A stretch of DNA of 64,000 nt from Planctomycetota bacterium. Lineage in GTDB: Bacteria; Planctomycetota; GCA-002687715; CAIWVZ01. How positions within the stretch are numbered: position 1 is the stretch's first letter; the number at the start of each line of letters is the position of its first letter. Where the stretch lies: assembly GCA_044222185.1 (NCBI GenBank), contig JBGANV010000007.1, positions 64,001-128,000 of the forward strand, in the 5' to 3' direction. A program made the translations under genes and the position numbers. Shown piece after piece: positions 49,209 through 60,915 of the stretch. The notes beneath the pieces are model-generated. The model was not told the origin of the DNA. It did no database searches and saw nothing but the letters and a program-made list of their open reading frames with translations.

Positions 49209-50051
49209 TCAGTACATGCGCTTCTTGCCGGCTGCGAGGCGCGCGATGGCCGCCGTGACGCGCTTCCTGCGTGTCTCCGGCTTCGCCGCCTGCTCGACGA
49301 GTTCGACCCAGTCGGCTTTCATGCGCGGCGTCAGCGTCTGCCACGTCGCAGTGGCCTTCGGCGAGGCTTTCAGCGCCTTGGCAAGATCGGCCGGCGGTCG
49401 CGTCGCGGTCGCGGCCGTCGATCGCTCGCGCTCCTCGTTTCCCAGTTCATAGGCGGCGCGCAGCCATTTGCCGACGAATGCGTCGATCTGCCCCACATCC
49501 GTGATGCGTATCCGATGGGTGATGCGGTTGCCGGCGGCGCGGCTCGACAGACGTTCGAGGCGGCCCGACGGAGTCTCGGTGCCCAGCGCCAACCCCAGGT
49601 CGATGCTCGTGTTCGTCGTCGGCTTGATCTCGGCGAAGGCGTATCTGCGATAGAGCGGCACCATGGTTTGACAGGGGCACGCCTTCACGTCGTCCGCGAG
49701 CGCGAGGCCTGCGGCGAGCAACGCGTCGTAGACCGGCCGAAGCCCCGCCCGTTTCCCGGCGAACAGGGCGTCGACCATCGACGCCGGGTCGTAGCTCTCG
49801 GCGGACCAGTCCTCACCGCCAGCGACCCAGGTTGCATAGTTGATCGAGAGCCCGTGGTCATTGCGGAGCCAGTCGCGGCGTGCGTTGACCTCCGCGGGGC
49901 CGTTCTTCCGTGCGAACTCGACCCACGACTCGAATGACCGCCCGGTCTTCTTTTCGAGCGACTTCCGGTAGCCATCCATCAACCGATAGGACGGATGGAG
50001 CGAATAGGGAGACGTCTTGGAAGCCTTCTTCCTGCGTGCGGGGGTCACCAT
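49209..50051 (-). CDS. DUF4287/DUF5655-like protein with C-terminal YdeI/OmpD-associated-like domain
   Basis: LEKKTGRSFESW..WLRNDHGL, PCQTMVPLYRRYAFA, THRIRI, and C-terminal PADLAKAL..AKPETRRKR. Confidence 0.7.
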   Translation of the reverse strand: MVTPARRKKASKTSPYSLHPSYRLMDGYRKSLEKKTGRSFESWVEFARKNGPAEVNARRDWLRNDHGLSINYATWVAGGEDWSAESYDPASMVDALFAGKRAGLRPVYDALLAAGLALADDVKACPCQTMVPLYRRYAFAEIKPTTNTSIDLGLALGTETPSGRLERLSSRAAGNRITHRIRITDVGQIDAFVGKWLRAAYELGNEERERSTAATATRPPADLAKALKASPKATATWQTLTPRMKADWVELVEQAAKPETRRKRVTAAIARLAAGKKRMY

Positions 50052-50063
50052 CGCGTCGATCTC

Positions 50064-51227
50064 TCAGCCAAGGAGCGGGTAGTTGGTGCGGGCTCGGTGA
50101 CCACCCGTTCGGAAACGCAGAGGGGCGAAGAACGTGGCGTCGAAGGCCGACGGCCGGCCGGCGGTGATCCACTCGGCGACGCCGCGCCCGACGGACGGTG
50201 CGAGCTTGAAGCCGTGGCCGCTGAACCCGGCGACGAGCCAGAGTCCACCGACTTCGGGCACGGGACCGATGATCGCCTGCGAGTCGGGCGTCACGGCATA
50301 GATCGCACCGCACCCGCCCCAGGAGACGGCGTTTTCGTACCGCGGAAGGCGCTTCATGATCTGGCCGCGGGTCCAAGCGACGAACCGCCCCGAGCAACCC
50401 TCGTCGAAACTTTCCGGGTCTATTCGCTCGTCGTCCTCGTAACCGAGCTTCCCGACGCGCGTGCCCCGTCCGCCCTCGCACTTGTAGTAGACGTCCAATT
50501 CCAGGTCCGCCACGATCGGCGTGACATGCTCGCCGCCCGTCGGAGTTTCGAAGTACGCCTGCTCGGGGCGGACCGCGACGATGGGCGCCGTGACGCCGAC
50601 GCCTTCGAGAATGCGGTCACTCCAGGCGCCGGTCGCCAGGACCACGGCGTCAGCGGGTTCGATTCCTTGATCGGTCTTCACGCCCGCGACTCGCCCTCCA
50701 TCGAGAACCAGTCCGCGTGCCGGTGTGTGTTCGCGGATCGTCACGCCGACCCGCCGAGCGGCCTCGGCGAAACCGGCGACCGTCCGCACGGGATCCACGT
50801 ACGCGGCCTCCGGCTCCCACCCGGCGACGTGCGTCGCGTCGACGGCCATGTCCGGGGCGACCGACAGGATTTCCAGTCCGACGAGCACCGACGCGGCGAC
50901 TCCGTGCGCCTGCTGGACAGCCACGGTGTCGCGGATGACCTGCGCCTCCGCGGGTCCCCCGATCACCATCATTCCCGGCTGGCGGAAGCCGATGTCGATT
51001 CCGGTCCGGGCCGCGAACGTGCGATACGCCGCACGGCTGTCACGGGCCATCTGCACGAGGACCGGTTGGGGATAGAAGGTGCGGAGGATCGCTCCGGACT
51101 TGCCGCTCGACCCGGCGCCGAGGAACCGTCGTTCGAGAAGGGTGACGGCACCGCAGCCGTGCTCGCGGAGCTCGCGCGCCGTGGCGAGTCCCATGACCCC
51201 GCCGCCGATGACGATGACTTGTCCCAT
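50064..51227 (-). CDS. FAD-dependent oxidoreductase (DAO/sarcosine oxidase beta-like)
   Basis: VIVIGGGVMG, GSSGKSGA, YAVTPDSQAIIG and GFSGHGFKLAP. Confidence 0.9.
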   Translation of the reverse strand: MGQVIVIGGGVMGLATARELREHGCGAVTLLERRFLGAGSSGKSGAILRTFYPQPVLVQMARDSRAAYRTFAARTGIDIGFRQPGMMVIGGPAEAQVIRDTVAVQQAHGVAASVLVGLEILSVAPDMAVDATHVAGWEPEAAYVDPVRTVAGFAEAARRVGVTIREHTPARGLVLDGGRVAGVKTDQGIEPADAVVLATGAWSDRILEGVGVTAPIVAVRPEQAYFETPTGGEHVTPIVADLELDVYYKCEGGRGTRVGKLGYEDDERIDPESFDEGCSGRFVAWTRGQIMKRLPRYENAVSWGGCGAIYAVTPDSQAIIGPVPEVGGLWLVAGFSGHGFKLAPSVGRGVAEWITAGRPSAFDATFFAPLRFRTGGHRARTNYPLLG

Positions 51228-51723
51228 GGGCACCCGGTGCGGTGCGCGCCCGCGTAGCTCAGCCGGACTGTGAGGCCGTCGCAGCCGCGCCCGCGCTCTT
51301 TGGCTGGCACGAGCTCAGCGGAAGGAGGTGGTGAAGCTGAACCGGACGGCCCTCACGGCCGAAGCTCGGGAGGCGTCGCTTCTTCAGCCGGAGTTCACTG
51401 CGCGTCTGGCCACTGGGGCGACGTTCGCGAGATCCATCCTGGCTCATGCTGCGTTCCCGACTTTCTCGTCCGACGACGTGATCGCGTTCGCGCTCGCCGG
51501 TCTCCGACACCCTGGCGGGGGCGTCCCCAGAGCACGTCGGGGTCGGCGAGCGACCGCGATGGTAATGGGGCCAGTGAGCGGGCATCAAGTGGCGACCGCC
51601 GACGGCTGATCGGAGGGAGGGGCCTTGACAACGGATCGTTGGTTCCTTTTGTGTCGCTATCATGCACGCCTTCGCACGCCGGCGTGCGAGGTTCACCGAC
51701 CAGATTTCCTCGGAGTCACATTC

Positions 51724-52407
51724 ATGCGAACGATCATCTCCGTTTCCGCCATGGCTCTCGTGTTTGCACTGGCGAGTTGCGACGAAACCACCGCGAAGCC
51801 CAAGACCCAGGACGCCAATGCGTCGCGCGCCACGTCCGCGGCGTCACGCAAGACGGAAGAGCCGATCAAGGCTCCCGACGGCAAGGCGGATTTCGCCGTC
51901 GTGAAATTGACCACTTCCGAAGGTGACATCCTTCTCGAGCTGAACCGCAAGCGCGCACCGAACACGGTCCAGAACTTCATCGACTACGTGAAGGCCGGGT
52001 TCTACGACGACACGATCTTCCACCGCGTGATCAGCAATTTCATGATCCAGGGCGGCGGCATGGCGCCGAATGGCGTCCAGAAGAACACGCGCAAACCGAT
52101 CCAGAACGAGGCGGACAACGGCCTCACCAATCAGCGCGGGACGATCGCCATGGCACGAACGGGGGACCCGCACTCGGCCACGTCGCAGTTCTTCATCAAC
52201 GTCGTGAACAACACCATGCTCGACCATCGCAGCAAGGCCAACGGGCAGACCTGGGGCTACTGCGTGTTCGGAAAGGTCAAGGACGACGCGAGCCAGGCCG
52301 TCGTCGACAAGATCAAGGCGACGCCGGTCACCATGAACGCCATGGGCGAGAACTCCTCGCCGGTGAAGCCGCCGAAGATCGTGAAGGCCGAGATCGTCAG
52401 CGAGTGA
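51724..52407 (+). CDS. cyclophilin-type peptidyl-prolyl isomerase, lipoprotein
   Basis: Lipobox LASC; [30 protein letters not shown] and SATSQFFIN. Confidence 0.95.
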   Translation: MRTIISVSAMALVFALASCDETTAKPKTQDANASRATSAASRKTEEPIKAPDGKADFAVVKLTTSEGDILLELNRKRAPNTVQNFIDYVKAGFYDDTIFHRVISNFMIQGGGMAPNGVQKNTRKPIQNEADNGLTNQRGTIAMARTGDPHSATSQFFINVVNNTMLDHRSKANGQTWGYCVFGKVKDDASQAVVDKIKATPVTMNAMGENSSPVKPPKIVKAEIVSE

Positions 52408-52805
52408 TCGCGACCCTCGCTCGGGCGGGCGCCGTCTTCTGCGGTGCGGCGGACGACGGAGCGCCGAGCCGGGCGGTCCTCGAACGCCTCACAGCGATGG
52501 TCGCGTGCCTGCCGGCGGACCAGCGTGCACTCCTGCGTGCCGGCGTCTTCATCCTCGACTGGATCGCGGTGCCGCGGTACATGAAGCGGTTTCGACGGTT
52601 GGATGCGGGACGCGCCGAGCATGTGTTGCGCTGGCTCGCGCGCGCGCCGATCGCTCCGCTGCGCCGCCTTCACGCGAGCCTCAAGATGATCACCCAGATG
52701 GCCTGGTATGCGGATCCGGCCCGCTGGCCGGAGATCGGATACGACGGCCCCTGGCTGGGGACACGAGCGGTCGACGTGGGCCCGGGGCCCAAGCTCGCGC
52801 CATGA
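52404..52805 (+). CDS. small partner of GMC oxidoreductase (gluconate 2-dehydrogenase subunit 3-like)
   Basis: Start/stop overlaps at both ends (GTGA, ATGA); F..L...RA..L..L pattern and [16 protein letters not shown]. Confidence 0.7.
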   Translation: MIATLARAGAVFCGAADDGAPSRAVLERLTAMVACLPADQRALLRAGVFILDWIAVPRYMKRFRRLDAGRAEHVLRWLARAPIAPLRRLHASLKMITQMAWYADPARWPEIGYDGPWLGTRAVDVGPGPKLAP

Positions 52806-54283
52806 TCGCCGCGGCCGATCGGCGGCAGGACCAGGGCGAGCTGGCGTGTCAGGTCGCCGTCGTCGGATCCGGTGCCGGCGGAGCCGTCGTGGCTCACGTG
52901 CTGGCGCAGGCCGGCCGCGACACCGTTCTGATCGAGAGCGGTGCACACCATGATCCCGCGACCTTCGATCAACGCGAAGCGACGATGATGCCCCGCCTCT
53001 ATCACGACGGCGGGCAGCAGATGACGGCCGACCAGGCCATGGTCGTGCTGACCGGCCAGGGGCTCGGCGGCTCGACGGTCCACAACACGGGAATGTGCGT
53101 GCCGACGCCACCCGCGATTCTGGATCGGTTCGAGCGGGAAGCCGGGCTTCCAGCGACGCGCGCCGAGCTCGAATCCACGACGGCCTGGGTGCTGGATCGG
53201 CTGCGCGCTCGACCCATGCGGGAGGAGGACACGAACCGCAGCAACCGGTTGCTTCGACTCGGCGCCGAGCGCCTCGGCCTCGCGACGGTGGCGCCGTTGC
53301 ACAACCGCGAGATCTGTGACGGATGCGGCTTCTGCATCCTCGGCTGTGCGTACAACCGCAAACGTCACGTCGTCTTTGCGTTTCTCGAGGATGCGGTCGC
53401 CTCGGGGCTGCGGATCGTCACCGAGCGGGCGGTGACGCGGATCGATCGGCGTGCGAGCCGTTGGGTCGTCAGCGGGCCGGGCCTTCGGGTCGTGGCCGAG
53501 AAGGTCGTGCTCGCCGCGGGCGCGCTTCGCACCCCCGGGTTGATCCTCTCGAATCGCCTCGCCGATCCGTCGAGCGTGGGGCGCTCGTTGCGGCTTCACC
53601 CGTTTGCGCCGGTCGCGGGCGTTTTCGACGAACCGGTGGACGCCTACCGGGGAATCCCACAATCGACGCTCGTGACCGGTGACGCGCGATTCCTGCAGGG
53701 TGAGCGTGGGGGGTGGGTCCTGATGGCGGCCCCGGCGCACCCGGCGACCGCCGCGGTTTTCGTTCCCGGAGTCGGGTTCGAAGTGCGGGAGCGGATGCGG
53801 CGGTTCCGCCACCTCGCCAGCGGAGGTGTGCTCCTTCACGATGAAGTTCCCTCGCGGGTCGGCGTGCGGCGCGACGGGCGGCCGTCGATCCGCTCGTGGC
53901 CGTCCGGGCCCGACGAGGTCGACCTTAGGGCGGGGATTGCAGCGTTGTGTCGTGTCTGGCTCGCGGCAGGTGCGCGTGAGGTGCTCGTGCCCTTCGGGCG
54001 CCGACCGGTCGTGCGGAACGAGGACGACATCCGCCGCTTGGCCGAGCTGGCATTCCGTCCGTACGACGTGGCGCTGACGTCCGTTCATCCGCATGCGTCC
54101 GTGCCTCTCGGTCGAGAGAGTCGCGCTCCGGTTCGACCGGACGGCGGACTGCGCGGCGCGCCCGGAGTTTTCGTCGCCGATGCCTCGATCCTTCCGTCCT
54201 CGGTCGGGGTTCCGCCCCAGGTGACGATCATGACCTGGGCCGCATGCATCGCGGGTCATGTGCTGGCCGAGGCCGTCGCGTGA
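52802..54283 (+). CDS. GMC family oxidoreductase
   Basis: VVGSGAGG, GLGGSTVHN, Cys cluster CDGCGFCILGC, VGRSLRLHP and VADASILPSSVGVPPQVTIM. Confidence 0.9.
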   Translation: MIAAADRRQDQGELACQVAVVGSGAGGAVVAHVLAQAGRDTVLIESGAHHDPATFDQREATMMPRLYHDGGQQMTADQAMVVLTGQGLGGSTVHNTGMCVPTPPAILDRFEREAGLPATRAELESTTAWVLDRLRARPMREEDTNRSNRLLRLGAERLGLATVAPLHNREICDGCGFCILGCAYNRKRHVVFAFLEDAVASGLRIVTERAVTRIDRRASRWVVSGPGLRVVAEKVVLAAGALRTPGLILSNRLADPSSVGRSLRLHPFAPVAGVFDEPVDAYRGIPQSTLVTGDARFLQGERGGWVLMAAPAHPATAAVFVPGVGFEVRERMRRFRHLASGGVLLHDEVPSRVGVRRDGRPSIRSWPSGPDEVDLRAGIAALCRVWLAAGAREVLVPFGRRPVVRNEDDIRRLAELAFRPYDVALTSVHPHASVPLGRESRAPVRPDGGLRGAPGVFVADASILPSSVGVPPQVTIMTWAACIAGHVLAEAVA

Positions 54284-55275
54284 GCGACGTGACCTGGCGG
54301 CGAGGGCTTCTCGAGGCACGCATTCCGGGGCTCGTCGCCGTCGCGCCGCGCCTGTCGCTCGCCGACCTCCCTACGCCAGTGACGGTGATCGAATCCCTCG
54401 CCCGAGAGTGGGGGTTGGCGTCTCTCGCGGTCAAACGTGACGACCTGACCTCCCGTGTCTATGGCGGCTGCAAGGTCCGGGCGCTGGAATTCCTGCTCGG
54501 GGACGTGCTTCGGCGCGGGGGCCGGTGCGTCGCGACCATGGGACCGGTCGGGAGCCACCACGTCCTCGCGACGTCGCTGTTCGCGCGGGAATTGGGTCTT
54601 GGCGTTCGCGCGGTCGTGTTCCCTCAACCCGCGAGCGAGGCTGCTGAATCGACCCTCCGCCGGGTCCGCGGCCTGGGTACGGAAGTCCTGAGGGCCTCGA
54701 CGCTCCTGACCGTGCCGCCGTTGGTCTGGCGCGTTCGGCGTCGGGACGCCACCGGCATCTCGCCAGCCTGGATCCCGCCCGGCGCAACGAACGCGCTCGG
54801 CGTGCTCGGCAACGCGGAGTCGGCCCTGGAAGTCGCAGCGGCGATCACGCGTGGCGACGTCGACCCGGTCGATGACGTCGTGGTCCCGGCGGGATCATGC
54901 GGCACCGCCGCCGGCGTCGCCTTGGGTTTCGGGCTCGCGGGGCTCGATGTGCGGGTCGTCGCGGTCCGCGTCGTCCCCTGGATCGTGGCGACGCGATTGC
55001 GTGTCCGTCGCCTTGCCCGCCGGGCCGCCGGGCTGCTCGAAGCTGCCGGCGGACCGGAGGCCATCGAGCTTCCCAGGATCCATGTCATCGGCAGCGAGCT
55101 CGGCCGGGGATACGCCCATCCAACGGAGGCGGGGGAGCGCGCCGCCCGGCGGGTGGAGGATGTCGCCGGTTTCCCCTGCGACCCGACGTACACGGGGAAG
55201 ACCTGGGGCTTCGTTGCCGGCGGAGCATTGGCCCACCGCCGGGTCCTCGTGTGGCAGACCTTGAGCGGCGTTTGA
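54280..55275 (+). CDS. PLP-dependent D-cysteine desulfhydrase / ACC deaminase family enzyme
   Basis: LPTPV, VKRDD..YGGCKVRALE, GSHH, GSCGTAAG and DPTYTGK; GTGA overlap with the GMC gene. Confidence 0.85.
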   Translation: MSDVTWRRGLLEARIPGLVAVAPRLSLADLPTPVTVIESLAREWGLASLAVKRDDLTSRVYGGCKVRALEFLLGDVLRRGGRCVATMGPVGSHHVLATSLFARELGLGVRAVVFPQPASEAAESTLRRVRGLGTEVLRASTLLTVPPLVWRVRRRDATGISPAWIPPGATNALGVLGNAESALEVAAAITRGDVDPVDDVVVPAGSCGTAAGVALGFGLAGLDVRVVAVRVVPWIVATRLRVRRLARRAAGLLEAAGGPEAIELPRIHVIGSELGRGYAHPTEAGERAARRVEDVAGFPCDPTYTGKTWGFVAGGALAHRRVLVWQTLSGV

Positions 55276-55683
55276 TCCCCACGGCCGCCGCAGCGATTGA
55301 ATTTCATCGGGGCCAGCGCGGTTCCGACAAACCGGTGGGCTGGGGCGGATTTCGCGAAAGCGATCGCGGTCGGCCAGAAAACCGAATTCCAGGAACGATC
55401 GCTCTTATCCGGTTCTCAGGTTGAGACTTAAGGCCATCTCGGTGCACGGGTCGGGTTCTCGGTTTGGGCACGAATTCTGAACAGTCTGCCGGAGCCGGCT
55501 CACGATTTTCGGGCTATGGCTCTGTGATCCGGAAAAGTCTGGAACGCAAAAATCTATTATGTGCTTGTTTCCGGTTTTGCCGAAATCGGGCATACTGTCG
55601 CCCTCACGCGTTCGATTCGGAGCGCTGGTCGTGCAAGCGCCCGCATCGGACACAGACCTTCGGATGCCTCGAGGAGCAGCGTC

Positions 55684-56277
55684 GTGCAGCAACGGTTGAT
55701 GACAACGAACGAGATCGGTCGACTCGTCGGAGTGAGCGAGCGAACCGTCGCCAACTGGATCGACCGAGGCTACCTGCCGGCGTTCCGCACTCCCGGTGGT
55801 CACCGGCGAGTCGATCCGAAGGTCCTCACCAACTTCCTGATCCAGCGCGGAATCCCGATTCCCGAGTCGCTGGATACCCGGACCGTAGTCTTGATCGTCG
55901 AGGACGACGTTCAGGTCGCAGAGACGCTCCGCTCATTCCTCGACAGCGGCGGTGGCCGCTACAACGTCCAGGTCATCCACGACGGAGTCTCGGCGCTCAT
56001 CTACATCGGCAACAAGAAGCCCGACCTCGTTCTGCTCGACGTCGGGATGCCCGGGATGGACGGCCTCGAGGTCTGCCGGAAGATCCGAGGCAACCCCGAA
56101 CTCGCAGACTGCCGAGTGATGTTCGTCACGGCCCGCCACGACCTGAACAGCGCCGACGTGATCAAGGAGACGGGGGCTGCGGGTTGGATCACCAAGCCGT
56201 TCCGCAAGCAGGAGCTGGTCGACGCGGTCAACTCCGTCTTGTTCAAGCCGTCGCCCGCCATGGCGAACCGGGCCTGA
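55684..56277 (+). CDS. response regulator with N-terminal excisionase/MerR-like HTH
   Basis: GAGGAG RBS before GTG; TTNEIGRLVGVSERTVANWID..RTPGGHRR; receiver motifs VLIVEDD, LLDVGMPGMDG and ITKPF. Confidence 0.9.
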   Translation: MQQRLMTTNEIGRLVGVSERTVANWIDRGYLPAFRTPGGHRRVDPKVLTNFLIQRGIPIPESLDTRTVVLIVEDDVQVAETLRSFLDSGGGRYNVQVIHDGVSALIYIGNKKPDLVLLDVGMPGMDGLEVCRKIRGNPELADCRVMFVTARHDLNSADVIKETGAAGWITKPFRKQELVDAVNSVLFKPSPAMANRA

Positions 56278-56304
56278 TCCTTCGCCCGGCGCGCTGGGAC
56301 GGCG

Positions 56305-56559
56305 TCATTTCGGCGGATCGTCGCGGTACAGACGCAGGATGCGCTGGCCGATCTGCTGCATGCGCGTCACGACCTGATTGAAGTCTGTCGTCGCGCGCTT
56401 CACGCTCTCGTCAGCGGCGGGCGACGCCTGGATCGTCTGCAGCGTCTCCTGAAGCCCATACATCACGGTCAGGACGTTGAAGAGATCGTGAGAAACCGAC
56501 TTCAGCTCCGTGATCAACCGCGCGTGATTGGATTGACTCGGGTCGTTGTCGGCAGCCAT
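56305..56559 (-). CDS. small stand-alone HisKA/DHp-like protein
   Basis: GAGG upstream of ATG; 84 aa with two helices and an H-box-like motif VSHDLFNVLTV. Confidence 0.6.
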   Translation of the reverse strand: MAADNDPSQSNHARLITELKSVSHDLFNVLTVMYGLQETLQTIQASPAADESVKRATTDFNQVVTRMQQIGQRILRLYRDDPPK

Positions 56560-56709
56560 CGTTTCCTCGTGTTCGATCCTTGGGTTGTCGGGGAGTGAAC
56601 CGAACGACTTTGGGTCACCGCGCAAGAACGTACCAGATTCTCTCTGGACCGGGCGCGAGGACAACGCCGTAGGCACTCGCTCAGGCGGTGGCCGCGCGTT
56701 CAGACCGGC

Positions 56710-57470
56710 TCAGACGGCGAGCCATCGGCCCAGAGCGTCGAGATCGTCGAACTGCCGCGCGCCGACGGGAAGCGTGTCGGACGCCGGCCCGGGCGGGCGG
56801 CCGTGCGGAATCCACACGGCGCGAAGGCCGGCAGCGTGCGCTCCGGCGACGTCCTCGCTGAGTGAGTCGCCAACGTGGATCGCCTCGGCGGCCCTCACGT
56901 TCATCTGCGCCAAACCCGCTTCGAACATGGCGGTATGGGGCTTTCGCCAGCCCACCTCAGCGGACGAGAGGGCTCCGTTCAGGATCGGTAGGAGATCGAG
57001 GGCCGCGAGGACGCCGCGAAGCGCGCTATGCCAGTTGCTCAGGACTCCAACGCGAATTTGGTGAAACCGCAGGTCTTCGATGAGGCGCCGTGCCTGGGGC
57101 GCGACGACCCAGGCTTCAGCGGAGTCGAAATGGCGAATCAGTCGATCGAGCCAATCATCGTGCCGCCGCACGAGGTCCGGGATCGGTTCGGCGATCGAGC
57201 GCGTCAGTCTCCACCAGGCCGAGCGCTCGAGAGCATCCGACGAACGCAGGTCCGTTCCGCGATGACGGCTGTGAGCCCCGCCCCAGACCGATGCAAAGGA
57301 TGCGCGGATCTCGGCATCGTGCGTCACGACGCCGCAGTCGTGGGCGCACGCCAGGTACGACTCGACGACGGGGACCCTGGGAAACACGAGAGTGAAACCG
57401 GCGTCGAAGAACACGGCTCGGACGTCGGTCGGCCTCGGCCCGAAGGGCCGGGCCTCACGTCCCGGGGCGG

Positions 57471-57474
<4 letters not shown>
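56710..57474 (-). CDS. HAD family hydrolase
   Basis: FFDAGFTL, LSNW, KP and HVGDSLSEDVAGA; GTGA overlap with the ABC-F stop codon. Confidence 0.9.
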
Positions 57475-59354
<1,880 letters not shown>

Positions 59355-59361
59355 CGCCGAC

Positions 59362-59802
59362 TCACAGGCCGCGCATGTGCGCGAGCGCCTCGCGCAGGAC
59401 GCGCTTCAGGTCTTCATGACCGAAGAGGGCGATGGCTTCCTCCGGACTGACCCACCCCCCGGCATCGTGCTCGCGGCTCCGCCAAAAATCCGGCGCATCG
59501 ACGGACCCGAGAAAATAGACAACACGCTTGGTGGGCCTCTCCTCGCCGTCGTCATCGTCGTCGTCCGCACCCGTACCCGGCAATTTGTACACGGACTCGA
59601 TCTGGATGCCGTCGATCGCCTGAATCGACTCAATGCCAGTCTCCTCCGCGAGTTCCCTTCGCGCCGCCCCTTCCGCGGACTCGCCCGGCTCGAGGTGCCC
59701 CTTTGGAAACCCCCAGGTTCGGTGCCGCGCGTTGCGCAGGAGGAGGAAGCGGGGGCCGTCAGGGGTCTCCCGGAACACGATGAAGCCCGCCGCTTCTTTC
59801 AT
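59362..59802 (-). CDS. NUDIX hydrolase (Ap4A hydrolase-like)
   Basis: Nudix box WGFPKGHLEPGESAEGAARRELAEETG, plus KRVVYF and EHD. Confidence 0.9.
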   Translation of the reverse strand: MKEAAGFIVFRETPDGPRFLLLRNARHRTWGFPKGHLEPGESAEGAARRELAEETGIESIQAIDGIQIESVYKLPGTGADDDDDDGEERPTKRVVYFLGSVDAPDFWRSREHDAGGWVSPEEAIALFGHEDLKRVLREALAHMRGL

Positions 59803-60012
59803 CGGCGCATCATAGGCCGATCAAGGGGGCGGCCAAGGCGTGCCGAATGTGTGTGGAGCTGGAAGTTTCCGGGCACGTCACCCGGTGCGGTTTCTCTGGT
59901 ATGGTGGCCGCACGATTCCGGACCGCAGGCACGCGAACGTGGCGAACGGCGGCGCCATCGCTCGCGCGCGCTGACATCGAGAGGGTTCATCCGTCGCGTG
60001 AGGTATCGATAC

Positions 60013-60726
60013 GTGGACGAGACGACAGAGGGTGAGCGGCAGGACGTTCCGCGGCTGAAGACCAAACGGCCCGCCCCCACGGCCGAAGCGGTACTCGATG
60101 CGATGTACGCACTTTCGATCGCGCCGAACGACTCCGATGCAGCGTCGGCGGCGATTCACCTGGTCCAGCTCTGCTGCGGGCGATGCAGTGGGCTCCTGAA
60201 GCTGAACCGTGAGGGATCTCTCGAGGTCGCTTTCTCGAAAGACGGCAGCATCATCGAGTCGCACGCGATCCATCCAAAACAGGTCGCGCTGGATGGGATC
60301 ATGAATCCCATCTTGAGGCACAACGCGACGTTCATCCGCCCCTTGCTCTGGGAGGGCCGGTGCGTTGGGGTTCTCCGCATCACGCTTCATGACGGCCGGA
60401 CGGATGAGCCGTGCCTCTTCGCTCGTTGCTGCACCCAGATCGGTGGCGCATTCGGTACGGCACGTGGGGGACGGTGGCGTCGACTGTGGTCGGCGCTGTT
60501 CCGTGCCCGCGACTCCCTGCGCGACGCAAAGCTCGAGTTCGAGCGTTTGATGATCGAGGACCGCATCGAGGAGACCGGCGGGAACATCGCTGCAGCGGCC
60601 CGCGAGCTGAGGGTCGACCGCGGGCAGCTGTCGCGGCTCATCAAGCGCCACAAGATCCGGCTCCCCGAGGCGAGATCACCCGATGGCTCGGGAACTCCGG
60701 ACTCCGAGGCTCAGCCTGGTGGGTGA
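60013..60726 (+). CDS. putative GAF-like sensor plus Fis-type HTH regulator
   Basis: PLLWEGRCVGVL (GAF-like) and C-terminal SLRDAKLEFER..I..TGGNIAAAARELRVDRGQLSRLIKRH (Fis HTH). The start is uncertain; GTG 60013 follows GAGG. Confidence 0.65.
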   Translation: MDETTEGERQDVPRLKTKRPAPTAEAVLDAMYALSIAPNDSDAASAAIHLVQLCCGRCSGLLKLNREGSLEVAFSKDGSIIESHAIHPKQVALDGIMNPILRHNATFIRPLLWEGRCVGVLRITLHDGRTDEPCLFARCCTQIGGAFGTARGGRWRRLWSALFRARDSLRDAKLEFERLMIEDRIEETGGNIAAAARELRVDRGQLSRLIKRHKIRLPEARSPDGSGTPDSEAQPGG

Positions 60727-60743
60727 TCGTAAGATATTGATCA

Positions 60744-60763
60744 ACAATGACTTGAGTCATTGT
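60744..60763. promoter_or_regulatory. AT-rich perfect palindrome, candidate operator
   Basis: ACAATGACT-TG-AGTCATTGT in an otherwise high-GC intergenic region. Confidence 0.45.
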
Positions 60764-60915
60764 CGCTGGCTCCGTGGAGGCGCCGGCCCGATCCTGGGGA
60801 AGGCCGAAAGAACCCCCGCGGTGCGGCGTTCAATTCCACGGTAGAGGTGCCCGCTGCTTCCGCATGGCGCGGTCGTGCGGCCCGGCACCAATGGATTCGT
60901 CACTGAAGGACTGCC

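Noticed and set aside
51328-51609. 93-aa ORF with AGGAGG upstream
   Set aside because: No recognisable motif and a low-complexity second half. It may be a gene fragment but cannot be supported.
55540-55567. dif-like sequence GGAACGCAAAAATCTATTATGTGCTTG
   Set aside because: The best alignment gives a 5-nt spacer and a poor XerD arm. It is more likely AT-rich promoter DNA.
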